From Catajapyx aquilonaris (taxonomy: Eukaryota): DNA of 64,000 bases. The position numbers and the translations under genes are program-made. This document shows positions 38,801 through 52,060 of the stretch, in pieces (the stretch's first letter is position 1; each line of letters opens with the position of its first letter). The notes under the pieces were generated by a model that had not been told where the DNA came from, searched no databases, and saw only the letters and a program-made list of their open reading frames with translations. The stretch covers positions 62,001-126,000 of the forward strand of contig KZ538081.1 in the NCBI GenBank assembly GCA_000934665.2, given 5' to 3'.

Positions 38801-39013
38801 CCTAAACGACATGCTTACCACATCATCTCCATGTCCGTTGGCCGCCGCATGAGTCGGAGACCACTCTGGGTGTATCCCATTCTGTGGCTCACCGCTCTGC
38901 TGGTGGTTCTCAGCATCACCGTTGCTGCCTCGATTGTTGTTGGTGTTGTTGTGAGCCGAGCCTTCCATTTCACCTTGTGGCAGCGGATCGAATTTGCCAC
39001 GCCACCGTCCCAT
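35817..39013 (-). CDS. Oatp74D: Organic anion transporting polypeptide (SLCO/OATP), Oatp74D/ecdysone importer-like (~773 aa)
   Basis: Exons 39013-38819, 38759-38152, 38095-37872, 37815-37534, 37329-36601, 36260-36132, 35971-35817 in frame (2322 nt). LQGMYYTYFVSVITTIEKLFQIKSKTTG, GHRPRWI, OATP signature DPRWIGAWWLG, Kazal-like PVCGTDGLTYFSACHAGC. OATP is certain; Oatp74D orthology is from recalled similarity. Confidence 0.92.
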
Positions 39014-42001
39014 GGCCTGACTGTAACGAAAAGGGAGGGAAAAAAAAGTCAGCATTACTTGCATCAATTACATGATCTACCCCAACACATAGCACGTTAA
39101 CTATCATCAGGGGATGCCCATTTATCACTCCAACCTTTCAGTCGGATTAACTGTGAAAGTTCAAAGGTGGCCCACCGGATCAAAATTTGCAACCACACCC
39201 AAAAACCAGTAAGTTAACTTTTTTTTTTTTGGAACCGCACTGGAAATTTTCACCTGATTGTGTGACAGTAGGACGCTGTGATAATAATGCTGAGGCTACT
39301 TTTATCCGGCAGAAAATTCCTCGATGGTGAACCTTTTGTTGTCTGTGATAGCTAAAGATACGAAGCGTGCAAGGTCTACAAATCCGTGACCTAGTAATCG
39401 TACATCACTCAATATCAAAACGATAGGCCTTTTTTCAGACATCTGAAGCATTGCGACACTTATGCGCCAAACTAATCGAGGACCTTGAAATCCATTTATT
39501 TTTACATATAATTGTTGGTAATAATAATATTGACTAGATTTTGTACAAGTTTTTTTTTCTGTTTTCTTACAGTACAAGGACAAGATATTTGCATGCAAAT
39601 GTGTGCATGGTTGCAACCTGCATTGTGCGGCAACCGATTTAATAAATGCAGCCTCATTCAAAACCACGCTTTTGAATGAAAGTAAGACCGTGGCACTCTG
39701 CCAAACTATGACATAACAGCCCGTTTCCCACACAATATTCTACATACAATGAAAAAAAAAAAGTAAACCGCACGACACTAAACTCACTCGTTAAAAACAT
39801 CAATTTCCAAACTTGAACTACTAAATAGCCCGGAGCTCATCCTGCTGACATCCCGAGGTAATATAGAAGACGTACAGCGGGGTAAATTATGTGTAAAGAT
39901 GCGGGGGAAAAAAATTGGAAGTGTACTTGATTCTAACAAGGACAACAGGTAGAGCAAAAGTGTTCGTGTGCTGAGTGCTGCCAGGTGAAGAAGGAAAAGG
40001 CCAGCTGTTCTCACCCTGACCTGCTTATTTCACATATGTTAATTCGGACTAGCTTATGTATCAGAAAAAAACAGCTGCATTTTACGTACAGGAAACAACT
40101 TCTGAAAAATTAGCAGTTCGCTTTAATTCATATAAAAAATATTGTGCGACAGGAACGGCAGGATAAAACTTTCTGAAATTATCCGCTTTAATGGGTAAAT
40201 CCATAAAATATTTATGCGAACGTCTTAATTTCTAATTTAATTAATCAGCACCCGGCAATTGCGCAACTAACAAATGACTGGTGGTTATGACATTGGATCA
40301 AAGTGATTCTCCATGGGGGCTATGCAGCAATGTTTGGCGACAAGGACAACTGCTTGGGAATTGATCTGACTCGGATGCAGCGATTTGCCCTTCCTTAATT
40401 AGGCGTCCGCTTGATTGCATTTTGTTAGTGGAGGCCATAAGGGGCAACGGTCCTTTGATTGTGACATCACAAATTAACCATGGACCCCTCTTCATTGACC
40501 TCTCTTTCTCCTTTAGGCATATGGAGATATTGTTCCGCAGCTCATCCTGAAGAATAAAATGTTCAATCAATATTAATATGAATCGCATAGGAAATTACGG
40601 GCAGGCAATTAGACACTTTTTATTAATTTAAGTTGATGCGATCGGACCACACATTTAAAATGCAATCTGTTAAGCCATTTAAATATTTACAGCGCTGATT
40701 GTTTACAATTTGTCTTAATTTAAGTCGATGCGACGACGGCTCAATTAACCCATCTTGTTTAAACACACAATGTCATTTAAATACGTACAGTACCAAACGC
40801 ATTATTGTCTACAAATTATTAACAGCTCTAAAAGCCCTTCTCACTCTCCGAGAATGAATTAAAGTGTACAGCGCAGTTGCACTACATCAGCCGTATGAGC
40901 AAAACATATTGCGCACACTATTTTTACATTTAGGTCGTACATTTAAAAAAAAAAAAGTCTCAGACTTGACTGATTGTACGCCAAATGTATAATTACAACC
41001 ATTTTTATTCCATTGCGGGTAATGCGGCTTGTGACTACTTCACATGCACACTATTTTACATGTAGGTCACACGCATAAAAATATGGATCTGACGTAACGA
41101 CTGTGTAGGTCAAATGTATAATTACAGCAACTTGCAGCAACCTATATCAATTTTAATCCCATTGCGGATAATGCAGCTTAGACTTCGGCCAACCCTACTG
41201 TTGATCCAAGTGGAATGGATTTTTGGCAACTTTGCAATATTTTATTGTACCCTGTACAGTATACAGTGAAGCGAACCAAGGAGATGGTGCCGGGGAATAA
41301 AGAAAAAGAGTCTGGACTTGGTCTCAGGTTCAAGGGCAATGGGAAAAAACGAGGGCCTCCAGAGGAGGAATTGGCCTCAGGGTCGGCAACACAAAAGGTG
41401 GAGAGGTCAAGGAGTGATTTGATCTGAGGAAAGGACTGCTTGGAAATCACTTGGAAAAGTGTCACGTCCTGTGTCTCGTCTGACTCCCCATCAAAAATGG
41501 ACTTTTTATTAATCTGCAAGCGATTACAACAAGTATGGGATAATTGACAACCAGGATATTTCACATGAGTCCAGTTCCGGCCCCAGGTCGCAGGCCTAGA
41601 AAAACAAAAGCGAGCTGCTTTCTAGGATTGCACCATATAGAAAAATGGTTTCTAGTCTCATGCATAATTTCCTCCTAGTGTACAGGAGTTATGGACGTCC
41701 CAACCAAAAAAGCCGTATCTTCATTAGCGTGACTTGAGCTGGATTTACGATCTGTAAGATTGTCATAAGGATCCTTCTCCTAATAGGCTTATTCTTTCCG
41801 TCTGATGTTCGTCCGACTTGGTAGTTTCGTCAACTCCCGCACGACCTGAGGATGGCAGGAGTGTGCAGACAGGGTGCGCCATCTATCCGTGACGAATAGT
41901 ACTAGGTGGTAAATCGGTGGGCCATCTCAGTTGTTTTGATTGTTATTGTCGTACTGATGCCAAATTTTGGCAACGATTTCACTAGTTTATGTAGAGACTA
42001 A

Positions 42002-42221
42002 GGGCCGAATTCAGAGAGGTTGCTTAACGTAAACGCGCCCGATTAAATCCTTTAGTCATCCTCGATTAGCAAATTTAAAAGTGCTAGCAAAGTGCGATTA
42101 GGGGGCGTTTATCGCTAATCGCCGTCTTTGTATTAGCAGATTGATTAAATTTGCTAATCGAGGCTGACTAAAGGATTTAATCGGGCGCGTTTACGTTAAG
42201 CAACCTCTCTGAATTCGGCCC
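42002..42221. mobile_element. PIF/Harbinger-type MITE, copy 2
   Basis: Near-perfect ~75-bp TIRs GGGCC...GGCCC flanked by TAA on both sides, the 3-bp TSD typical of Harbinger. Confidence 0.9.
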
Positions 42222-45200
42222 TAAGTAGTGAACCGCCAAAATTCGACAACAGTGCCCAGCTCGCCTCCTACTTATGGACGCAGTATGATTTGCCACAACC
42301 AGATGGCGCGCATGCACACTACTTCAACTCTTAGCGGTAACATGCACCTTGGTGATGAGTCACGTCTAGCCAATTCTGTGGAAATTTGACAACACTGCCC
42401 AGCTCGCCTCCTACTTGGACGCACTTGCTACAAACAGATGGCCCGCATACACTAGCGGTAACTACATGCACCTTGGTGACGAGTCACGCCGACGTCTAGC
42501 CAATTTCTGTGTATGGAAATTTGACAACACTGCCCAGCTCGCCCCCTACTTGGACGCACCTGCCACTACTCCCACCTAACGTGGTAACTACATGCACGTT
42601 GGTGATGAGTCAATACCATTACGTGTGTGATGGGACAATCTAGCCAATTCTATACAGTACTGTATATGATTAATTATGGCCATCGATTGCAATTTACTGC
42701 TAATCCAGACACGATTTTTTTTTTCTTCCTTACACAATAATTAGATTTGACAAATTCTGTCCCACGTGATTGGCGATCGGGGGGATAAGGGACCTTGGCC
42801 GGTTATAAAATGTAGACCAGATTGATTAAAAGAGAGGCGTCCTTGCTCACTATTCCCCACAATCAAGAGGAGCTTAATCAGGACTCATCACCGTTATATA
42901 CAGTTATACACCACCCCATGTACCCACGTCATCGAACCTCAATCGAAATAGGCAAGGACGCCTATAGGTGACTGGTGGTGGTTGGAGGGTGGGGGTTGTT
43001 TCCAGGATTATTATTATTATGAAGGAGACATGTGTGTGTGGATATTTACATAGCCGCGGAGACAAACTCCGCAGCACAACTGGGTCGATGACGTTATTAT
43101 CGACTTTACCCACCCTCCGATGTTGTTCTCTCTCTCTCTCTCTCTCGAGGTGGATGCCCACCCCTGCAGTCCACCCACCCACCCAGCCCCAATTTTCCCC
43201 GAAGCGATCGATTGAAAATGTCTTTGTACTGCACTGCAAAGCTCCCCCCATCATTGCCACACCTGTCGTGCACACCATTAGAGGTTGGGGGAGGCAAATG
43301 TCACAGGGGCAAGGCAAGGTGGATGGGTGGGTGAGGGGCATGACACACACACCGACTTTCTGCGGGGTTTTTTTGGTGTTCCCAATTAGTAGATTGGGTA
43401 GGTCTTTAGCACAATGTCGACATGTCCTGGAAAGTAGATGGTGGTCAACACTGCCAGCTACTCACAGAATCCAGGAAATTTTGTATTCATTTTAATGACG
43501 TTTATGATTTTTTTTTTACTTTTTTACTTTATTTTACATTATAATTTATTGTATTGATGAAATTTACTTATTTGCTTTAATTGCACATTATTTCATTTCA
43601 TTTATTGTATTGAACTTGGTAAAAATTTCCTTCATTTTAGTTCTTTACTTACTTAGTTCATTAATTGCTTTTTATTTTATTCGTTTCATTTTTTTATTTA
43701 TTTCATTTCTTGTATTGTATTTCATGACATTTACTCATTTTCTGCTATTGTACTGTACCGTACTTGGAAATTTTTTATCGTTCGTCTTCGTTTTTTAAAT
43801 CATTTCAACTTATTTATTTTATATTTCATTTATTTCATTTCTTTTATTGCATTTAGGGCATTATTTATTTTATTAATTGCATTGTATTTCATTAATATTG
43901 TATTTTTTGTATAATTTTATATGGTTCGGGACAGAATAAATATATATAATAAATATAATATCATGTAAATATAATATAATAAAAAATAATAAAAATCGCC
44001 AAACTATCTTTTTCTTCAGCTCTATCTATATGCTATCTCCATATTATATAAATCAGAAAGTTCGTACGTATGCTTGTCTGTCCGGGCTACGTAACCCACT
44101 TCTCGAGTGCTTGAAGAGTGCTGAAACTTCGCACACCGGTGTCTTACGTCCCGCTGATTTAGGGAAAAGGCCGAAAACTGCACTTTTTTTTTCGAGTCGA
44201 AAGTCTAAACTGTTGGAACATGTACGCTGTTTGTTAACTACATGTACTATATCGCCCAAAAAGATAGAGACGATTTTGCATTTGACTCAAGTGCAACTTG
44301 CACTTGAATCAAATGCCAATCGTCTCTATCTTTTTGAGCGATATAGTACGTAAGGCAAAGTTCGTTGGTTTCATTTCGTACCCATTTAATGCCCATTTGG
44401 TGCCCATTCTGAACTGGCCCCATTCCGTACGAAATGTGCACAACAATGCACAAATCCGAAAGAGCCCAATTTTCCGAAAGAAATTTCGCGAAATATTTTA
44501 GCTGGAAATTCAGAGTTAGGAGGAAGAGCAAGGGAAATATGAAGAATCCACAAGTTTTTTTTCTATATTAAATTGCATGCGTATTATTAAACAGAAATCA
44601 AGCGAATCAGCAGTAATCCACGGAAAGTCATTCCACGAACAAGTAATTCACTATAACCAAACAAATTCGTGAGAAAATCCTGATTGATTCTGCAGAATGA
44701 ACAGTAATCGCAAGGATTTCGTAATAATTCGGCCTTAAATCTTCAAAAATATGTAAAGATGTTATTTAAAAAACAAGAACAAAACAGAAATTCGCAGAAA
44801 TTCATAGTCGGCACACAAATGATTGCACGGAATCTAAATTAATTCCGCGTAATCCATAACCGCTCAGAGAAGAAAGGAAATTCAAAGACTGCACTCCAGG
44901 GAATGTGAAGGACATTTTTAAAGAAAATATCTCTCCAAAATATTTCAACCAAAATCCAACGTCCGTTCGGATTCACTTCAAAAAAATCTTTAGATCAGAT
45001 AAAAAATTAATAACAATTCATCAAAAGTGAGTTAGCCCATTAATTTTGTATATAGGTTGGACTATTGGGTCGCAAAAATATTTCTACGACAAATTCTACA
45101 CCTAGTATGTCTCCGGCAGTAAACTCCACAACAGGGTGTCCCCAACCGTCAAAATACTGTTTATTTAAAAAAAAACACATATATTATATTTTGTGAGGGT

Positions 45201-45880
45201 ACGGGCATTGGCACCACCAGCACAACATGGCATCCGGCCAGTGCAACAACCCTACCCTATACATGTAAAGTATAAATTTAGCTGCTGACACCATTTATCC
45301 CTATTTTAGCCTGGGATTACGTGCACGTTATGCTGAGGTAAAAAAAAAANGGGGGGGGGGGGAGACCACCTAATGGCGGCAAAAGGTTCAACACACCGAC
45401 AGTGAATTGCGCAATCAGACGAGAATGTCCAAACAGCAACAAGATAATTTCCGTATATTTAAAAAAAACCGCCTCTAATGATGCAGTTGGACACCCTGCA
45501 TCTTCTACATATATATAAAAGTCAAGGTTTGTCCAGGTGCGGCTACCATGGCAACCAGCTATTGTGGTGACAATAATAATAATTATTGATTGTTGTTGGT
45601 TACATTTCCGTGGAAACTGGTATGGGTGTAAAAGGGGCAATAAGTTTGTCTGTTTGTTTGTCCAGGCAGGGCCACGTGTCTTTCCTCTCAAGTAACAGGG
45701 TATCTCCTCCTGTAGCACCCGCACTAAATCGTGGATTGAAAAGTGTAACGATATGCGAAGTGCTCAAGCACATGCATTGTCCTTATTCGAACCAGATGCG
45801 ACAGTATACAGAACAGGCAAATAACTCTTGGCCATGTTCCAGCAAATAGTTCAAAGCCAATCGTACGGTTTGAAATGAGA

Positions 45881-46000
45881 GCAAAATCGCTCGGATGAGA
45901 GTAAAATCGCTCGGATGAGAGCAAAATCGCTCGGATGAGAGTAAAATCGCTCGGATGAGAGTAAAATCGCTCGGATGAGAGCAAAATCGCTGGGATGATA
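45881..46000. repeat. 20-bp minisatellite, 6 copies
   Basis: g(c/t)aaaatcgctcggatgaga repeated six times with no spacers. Confidence 0.95.
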
Positions 46001-46329
46001 CCATCGATTTAAAATAAGAGAGATAGGTGTATGTATGTAAGCAACCTTTGAAATCGGAGCCAGTAGGACCTATATGTTAGCTTGCTCACTTGTATGTATA
46101 ATAGAAAATAAAAAAAGGAAGGGGGCCGCCAAGGAATTATCACAAGGACGTGGTAACGCCCCACTGTGTATTTTACACTATTCAATTCTTCGGGCATCGG
46201 TTTTATCACGCCCATCGGCGGATGTACGTGTCGCAAGCACAATAAAACACGTCCTTTGTCGGGCTCAATCGTACCGTAGCCTGCAACTCTCACTGAACTC
46301 TATATATGTTCAGAGTAGACGAGGTTATA

Positions 46330-47660
46330 GAACATTGGAGTTGCGCAGGTCGTGGAATATCGAATTGCGCATGCGTCCGAGTTATCACGTGACTCGACAC
46401 TTATCGAATATCGACAACCTACATTCGATATATCGCTGTTTAAAAAAATATCGACATAACACTTCAAAATATCGAGAACATGGTTCGATATATCTAGATA
46501 TGAGTTTCGCAGGACGGAAAAATCGAATTTCGCACGCATCGTGTGATCACGTGGCTCGACTCTTATCGAGAATAATCGACAACTCATACAGATCACGTCG
46601 CATTGGATATATCGCTTAGTATTTTTAACATATCGACAAAACGACACTCTAAAATATCGAAAGTGCTTCGATATATCGATATTAGTTGCGCATGTCGGCA
46701 TATCTAATTTCACATGAGCCGTGTCCTCATGTTACTAGACTATTATCGAATATCGACACCCATGAATATCGATTCGTATTGTAATTCTGTTTAAAATATG
46801 TATCGTATCTATAACTCCATCACACTTGAAAATATCGATAGTATGATTCAGTATATCGAATCAGGCTGCACAATATTTCGATATATTAAATCATACTATC
46901 GATATTTCGTCTGTATAACTATCTACCATACTCGTACGATATTTTTACATATCGACCACGTGGTTCGATATATCGAAATATCGCAGCTTGCATAAATATC
47001 CACATAAAACATTTAAAATATCTACTGTATCGTCCGATATTTTAAATGAATTTTAATGATATTTTAAATGTTTTATTATGTAGATATTTATGCAAGCTGC
47101 GATATTTCGATATATCGAACGACGTGGTCGATATTTAAAAATATCGTACGAGAATGGTAGTCATACAGACGAAATATCGATATATCGAACGTCGTGGTCG
47201 ATATTTAAAAATATCGTACGAGAATGGTAGTCATACAGACGAAATATCGATATATCGAACGTCGTGGTCGATATTTAAAAATATCGTACGAGAATGGTAG
47301 ATAGTCATACAGACGAAATATCGATATATCGAACGACGTGGTCGATATTTAAAAATACCGTATCGTACGAGAATGGTAGATAGTCATACAGACGAAATGT
47401 CGATAGTATAATTTAATATATCGAAATATCAGTCTGTTTGAAAATATCTACCAAACGATACACTTTTAACATATCGGTCACACGGCTCGATATATCGAAA
47501 TATCCGCCTGTATCAAACTATTTACCATACAATACTTTTAAAATATCGACCACATGGCTCGATATATCGAAATATCCGCCTGCATAAAAATATTTACCCA
47601 TACAATACTTTTAAAATATCTCGAGTTAATGGTTCGATATGTCGATATAACGAACAGCAT
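46330..47660. repeat. ATATCG-rich complex repeat with internal inversion and ~70-bp tandem units
   Basis: Dozens of atatcg/cgatat words; units gaaatatcgatatatcgaacg.cgtggtcgatatttaaaaatatcgtacgagaatggtag at 47100-47400; ~46900-47020 is inverted at ~47065-47180. Confidence 0.8.
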
Positions 47661-50600
47661 GTATGCGCAGTTCGTTCACCACTTCGCATTGGACCGATTC
47701 GTTTCTCGGGTAGGCTGTACTGTTATTGCTGCATCCGAATGACACGAATTGAGCAATAAAACAAGTGCAGTCCGCTGCTGCCTTTTATGCGTTTATAGGA
47801 GCCTGCAGGGGAGGTCAACGAGGTGTTTTCAGACAAAGGGATCCGTTTCATATGGAGAGAAAATAACACAAAAAAAAGAAGAAGAAGATAGGAAAAATAC
47901 CTTGCACATCGTGCTTGATGACAAACTTCAACGTACGAGTCACGTCCTATATATCGGGTCTAGATGTTTTCGACCCTCGGGCACATCCTTTGCAATCACT
48001 ATTTAGTTCACAGTCTAAATCACGACCGTGGAGTTTTAACAGGGATGCAAAACAATCCATAACATCTTCCTCTTGAAATTTTGAGTGATTTATTACTCCT
48101 GCTTTTTTTTTTCTTCTGAAATACTCCAGAGCTTCTGGATTCTTGGAATATATACCCACTTCAGGCCTATATAATCGTGACCTCGCACAAAGGTTCTTGA
48201 CTTGGCCAATAGCCCTCTCATTTTCTATTCTCTGACCTCGCACATTAGCTTCTATATACCGTATTTGCATGAGTACGTAGAACCTCCGCGAGATAAAAAT
48301 CGGGCGGAAAACTATATGGTCCAATCACCATTTGCGTCAAGACAGAAGCACAACATCCTGTGTATGTCATGCAAAAATTAGGTGGGAATACGAAACATTT
48401 AAGCGAAAATCAACGTTCATAGTTCGGTTGGATTTTTCCTATAGGTATACATATACACGCACTTAAAAATAAGTAATCAGTCCAACGTGGCTTCCACAAC
48501 CAAGTGCTATTTCTGCACCAGCGACCATGCGTGTAAAACCAGTGGACAGGATAATGTGTGATACCAGATATTGAGCTTTATAAAAAAAGTGGGGGAGAGA
48601 CGTAAGTGATACGCTGGCCTACAGGGTATGACCGGGTCAGATCAATTCCAACTGTCCCACTTTAAATTGTCGTTACAATTAAATATGTCTCATTCCTATA
48701 CACCTGTTGAACGAACGTGGCAGATTCGCACGTGGACGAAATGCAACTCTGTTTACAGTTCTTTCCTCCAATAGCAACCAGAAAAAAAAGTAACATAGGG
48801 TCGAATTTTCGCCCCACTGCTAAGACACTGCTAACTTAGCAGTAACAAGCAGTGGGCCGAAAATTCAACCCATGATGATTTTTTTTAAATGCAGGTTGCT
48901 GAAGTAAACTATGGTTTTCGTCCAACTGCTAGTTACTGCTAACTTAGCAGTACCACTGCTAAGTTAGCAGTAACTAGCAGTGGGAGGAAAATTCGACCCC
49001 ATTACTTTTCAACAGCCGATTGAATTTGGCCAGTAAGTGCGCAACATTTTAATACTGTTATTGTTGCTAGAGGATAAAGACACTGCGTTTCGAACAGTTG
49101 CCAAAATAATAATGTCAGCAGCGTCCTTCGCGTCGCCATCATGGCAAGCTCCAAATGAGTGTCGCAATCTAGATCAAATTTCCCATTAAATTCTGCCGAT
49201 ATTTCCACCGTCTCGAGCAGCAAATATGACCTTGCTATAAAAAAAACTATCTGTGCGGCCGACTCTGACCTTACTCATATCGGAGTTGCAAAAAAGAGTA
49301 TAAGCAACCTACTTTAATAATATCCATCCCGGAAAGGGGGGAAAAAAACAAGGCCAGAATATTGCGAAAATCCGACATTAATTTTATAACGGAGGTCACA
49401 GGTCAAGTCAGCTACAAGTTCCCCCCCTATACCTGAGATGAGGAGTCGAGAGCGATCACTTCCATGGGAGATGAAGGTTCCTGTCCCGGAAGAGATCTTA
49501 TTCTGCACACGTGTATGTACGGATTGGTTGTGCTGACGACAGTGCAAGGAAGCCCGCCACACGCCCAGAGTCGATGGTCGATCCTTCTGATTGGTCAAGT
49601 CCTGGTGAGGACAAGGCTCAAGATGGCGCCAGAGACACCCCCCCCCCCTCTCTCTCTCTCCTTATCAGATGACACATTTGCCCTCAGCTCCATTCTAGGG
49701 GNCCCCCCCTTCAAATCATCCATCAACATCAACCTACAAATTGCTGATGAGGGACACCTGACGTCACTAAAACCCTCACCACCACCACCACCAACCTCGC
49801 GACGACATTTTGTTTGTTCCCACGGCAGGATTCTGGGTCGCGAAACTTCCAATTTCGCGGTTCATCACGCCCAAGCCGATGTCAGGACGCGGAAAATGCG
49901 AGGGGGGATTTATGTCACAAAAGTACGTCAACCCTGATTTTAGTTGGCTATCCCCACCCCCCATGTCATGCGTAATCACATTGGACTCAAACCCTCTCAA
50001 TACGTCACGTGGAGCATTCGAAGTACCACGTACACATCGGGATCTATCGGAGAAAGAGCGCAGGCGCAACAAGACATATCACACGTTGGCGCATGCGCGT
50101 TCCCATGTACAAATCAGAGTCCATCAAAGAGCGCAGGCGCAACTAAACAGAACACGTCACACGTTGGCGCATGCGTGTTCCCACCTACAAATCGAGATAT
50201 ATAACAACTTTTAGAAAGGGACGTGACGTATAATGACGTTTCATAACGCACCAATCAGAGGCACGATCAGATGGGGCACTTGAAGCTTATTGGGCGCGAG
50301 GGATCGTGCCTCTGATTGGCGCTTTATGATACGTCATCATACGTCACGTCCCTTTTTGAAAGTGGTTGAGCTATACACATCGGGATCTATCAGAGAAAGA
50401 GCGCATGCGCGACTAAACAAGATACGTCACACAAATGGGCGTTCCCACGTACAAATCGGGATATATCAGAGAAAGCGTGCAGGCGCGACTAAACCTGGTT
50501 GTACCTGGTGATATTTCAAAGACAAAATTACTATGCCTAAGTATGACAATATGATTCAGAAATAATTCATTAACATAATTGCATTACAATTTCGTAGTAT

Positions 50601-51079
50601 ATATACAACTGGTCTTCAACATAACCATTTCATATGACACCGCCTTGTAGGGAATTTTATGCACACAACCTGCTGACCCATTCAAAAAATATATATATTC
50701 ACTTGGTACCAGAAACATAAAAACAATACACACGTGCCGACATCTTTACCGATATGGTGACAATTATGTAACATTATCCGTCAGACCAAACATTACACCG
50801 GTACCGTATTTGGAGGCCTCAGGTCCTCCTACACGCACAAGCTAAAATGTCCATCAATCATGCCATGTAATCTTATGCCACGTCGCTGTCAGGGCCAGGG
50901 TAACACCGAAGCTTCATTTTGCATTGCGGAATTTTAGACGCCAACAAATCACAAAGCGTGTGGAAAAATTTTGCTTTAAAAAATGTGCATTAGCCTACTT
51001 TCTGCTGGTTTCCATTTGAAAATTTTCTTTCAAATTATCTCTAATAGAGTTGATACTGAATCGCACTCGTCAAACTGAT

Positions 51080-52060
51080 GAGTTCAATTCCTTGTAGATT
51101 CCCCCAGGATTTCACCCTAAGTTCTCAGGGTCACAATTCAGTGAATTCCCCTGCAAATCCTCCTGGTTCACTCCTGGATTCCCATGCGATTTCATCTGGT
51201 TTTCCAATCTATTATTTCTTCTGATCTCTTCCTGTTCCTTCCGAACACCCTTCATATAATTATGTATTATCCCTGGATTCCCTCCACAATCCTCAAAAGA
51301 TTATCTCTAGATTCCCTACTGAATCATTCCAGATTCGCAAAGGATTACCACGGATTTCTTCGGAATTCCACATGATTCATGGGATTGTCAATGATTTATG
51401 TAGAGACTTACGGGAATTACGATGTGTATGGGATTTACACATGGATTTCTGGACAACGATTTCTAGATTACCACAGATTTCTTAGGAATTACACTGGATT
51501 TATGGGAATCTCCGAGGATTTATGTTTGTAGATACTTCAGGGATTTGTGAGGAGACATGAGATTTACGATGTGAATAATGAGATTTCTGGATTACCACAG
51601 ATTTCTTCGGAATTCCACCGGACATATGGGATTGTCCAGGATTTATGTAGATATTTTAGGGATTTATGAGGAGATTTTATGACGTGAATAATGGAATTGG
51701 CACAGGAATTTCTGGCCACGGATTTTCGGGATTTCTTGATTACCACTGATTTCTTCGGAATTCTACGTACATGTACACATCATTTATGGTATATTGTCAT
51801 TGATTTATGTATGTAGATATTTAAGGGATTTGTGAGGAAACTTATGAGATTTACGATGTGACTAATGGGATTTACACAGAGATTTCTGGCCAAGGGTTCG
51901 CCGGATTAATGATGTAGTTGTTACCCCCTCGGAATTCACTCCAGATTATTATTCATGGATTCCCTCCCAAGTCCTTCCAGATCCACCCTGGGACTCCTTT
52001 AAAATTCCCTGGAGCTTTTTCCCTGTTGTAAGGTGAACTTCCTATATAGTATTTCCTCTG
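51080..52060. repeat. Degenerate satellite-like region
   Basis: Recurring gattaccac.gatttcttcggaatt and gatttatgtagat...gggatttgtgagga modules at ~180-bp spacing. Confidence 0.6.

Noticed and set aside
45881..46000. CRISPR-like regular repeats (also 59084-59390)
   Set aside because: Units are contiguous with no unique spacers, there are no cas genes, and the context is eukaryotic.
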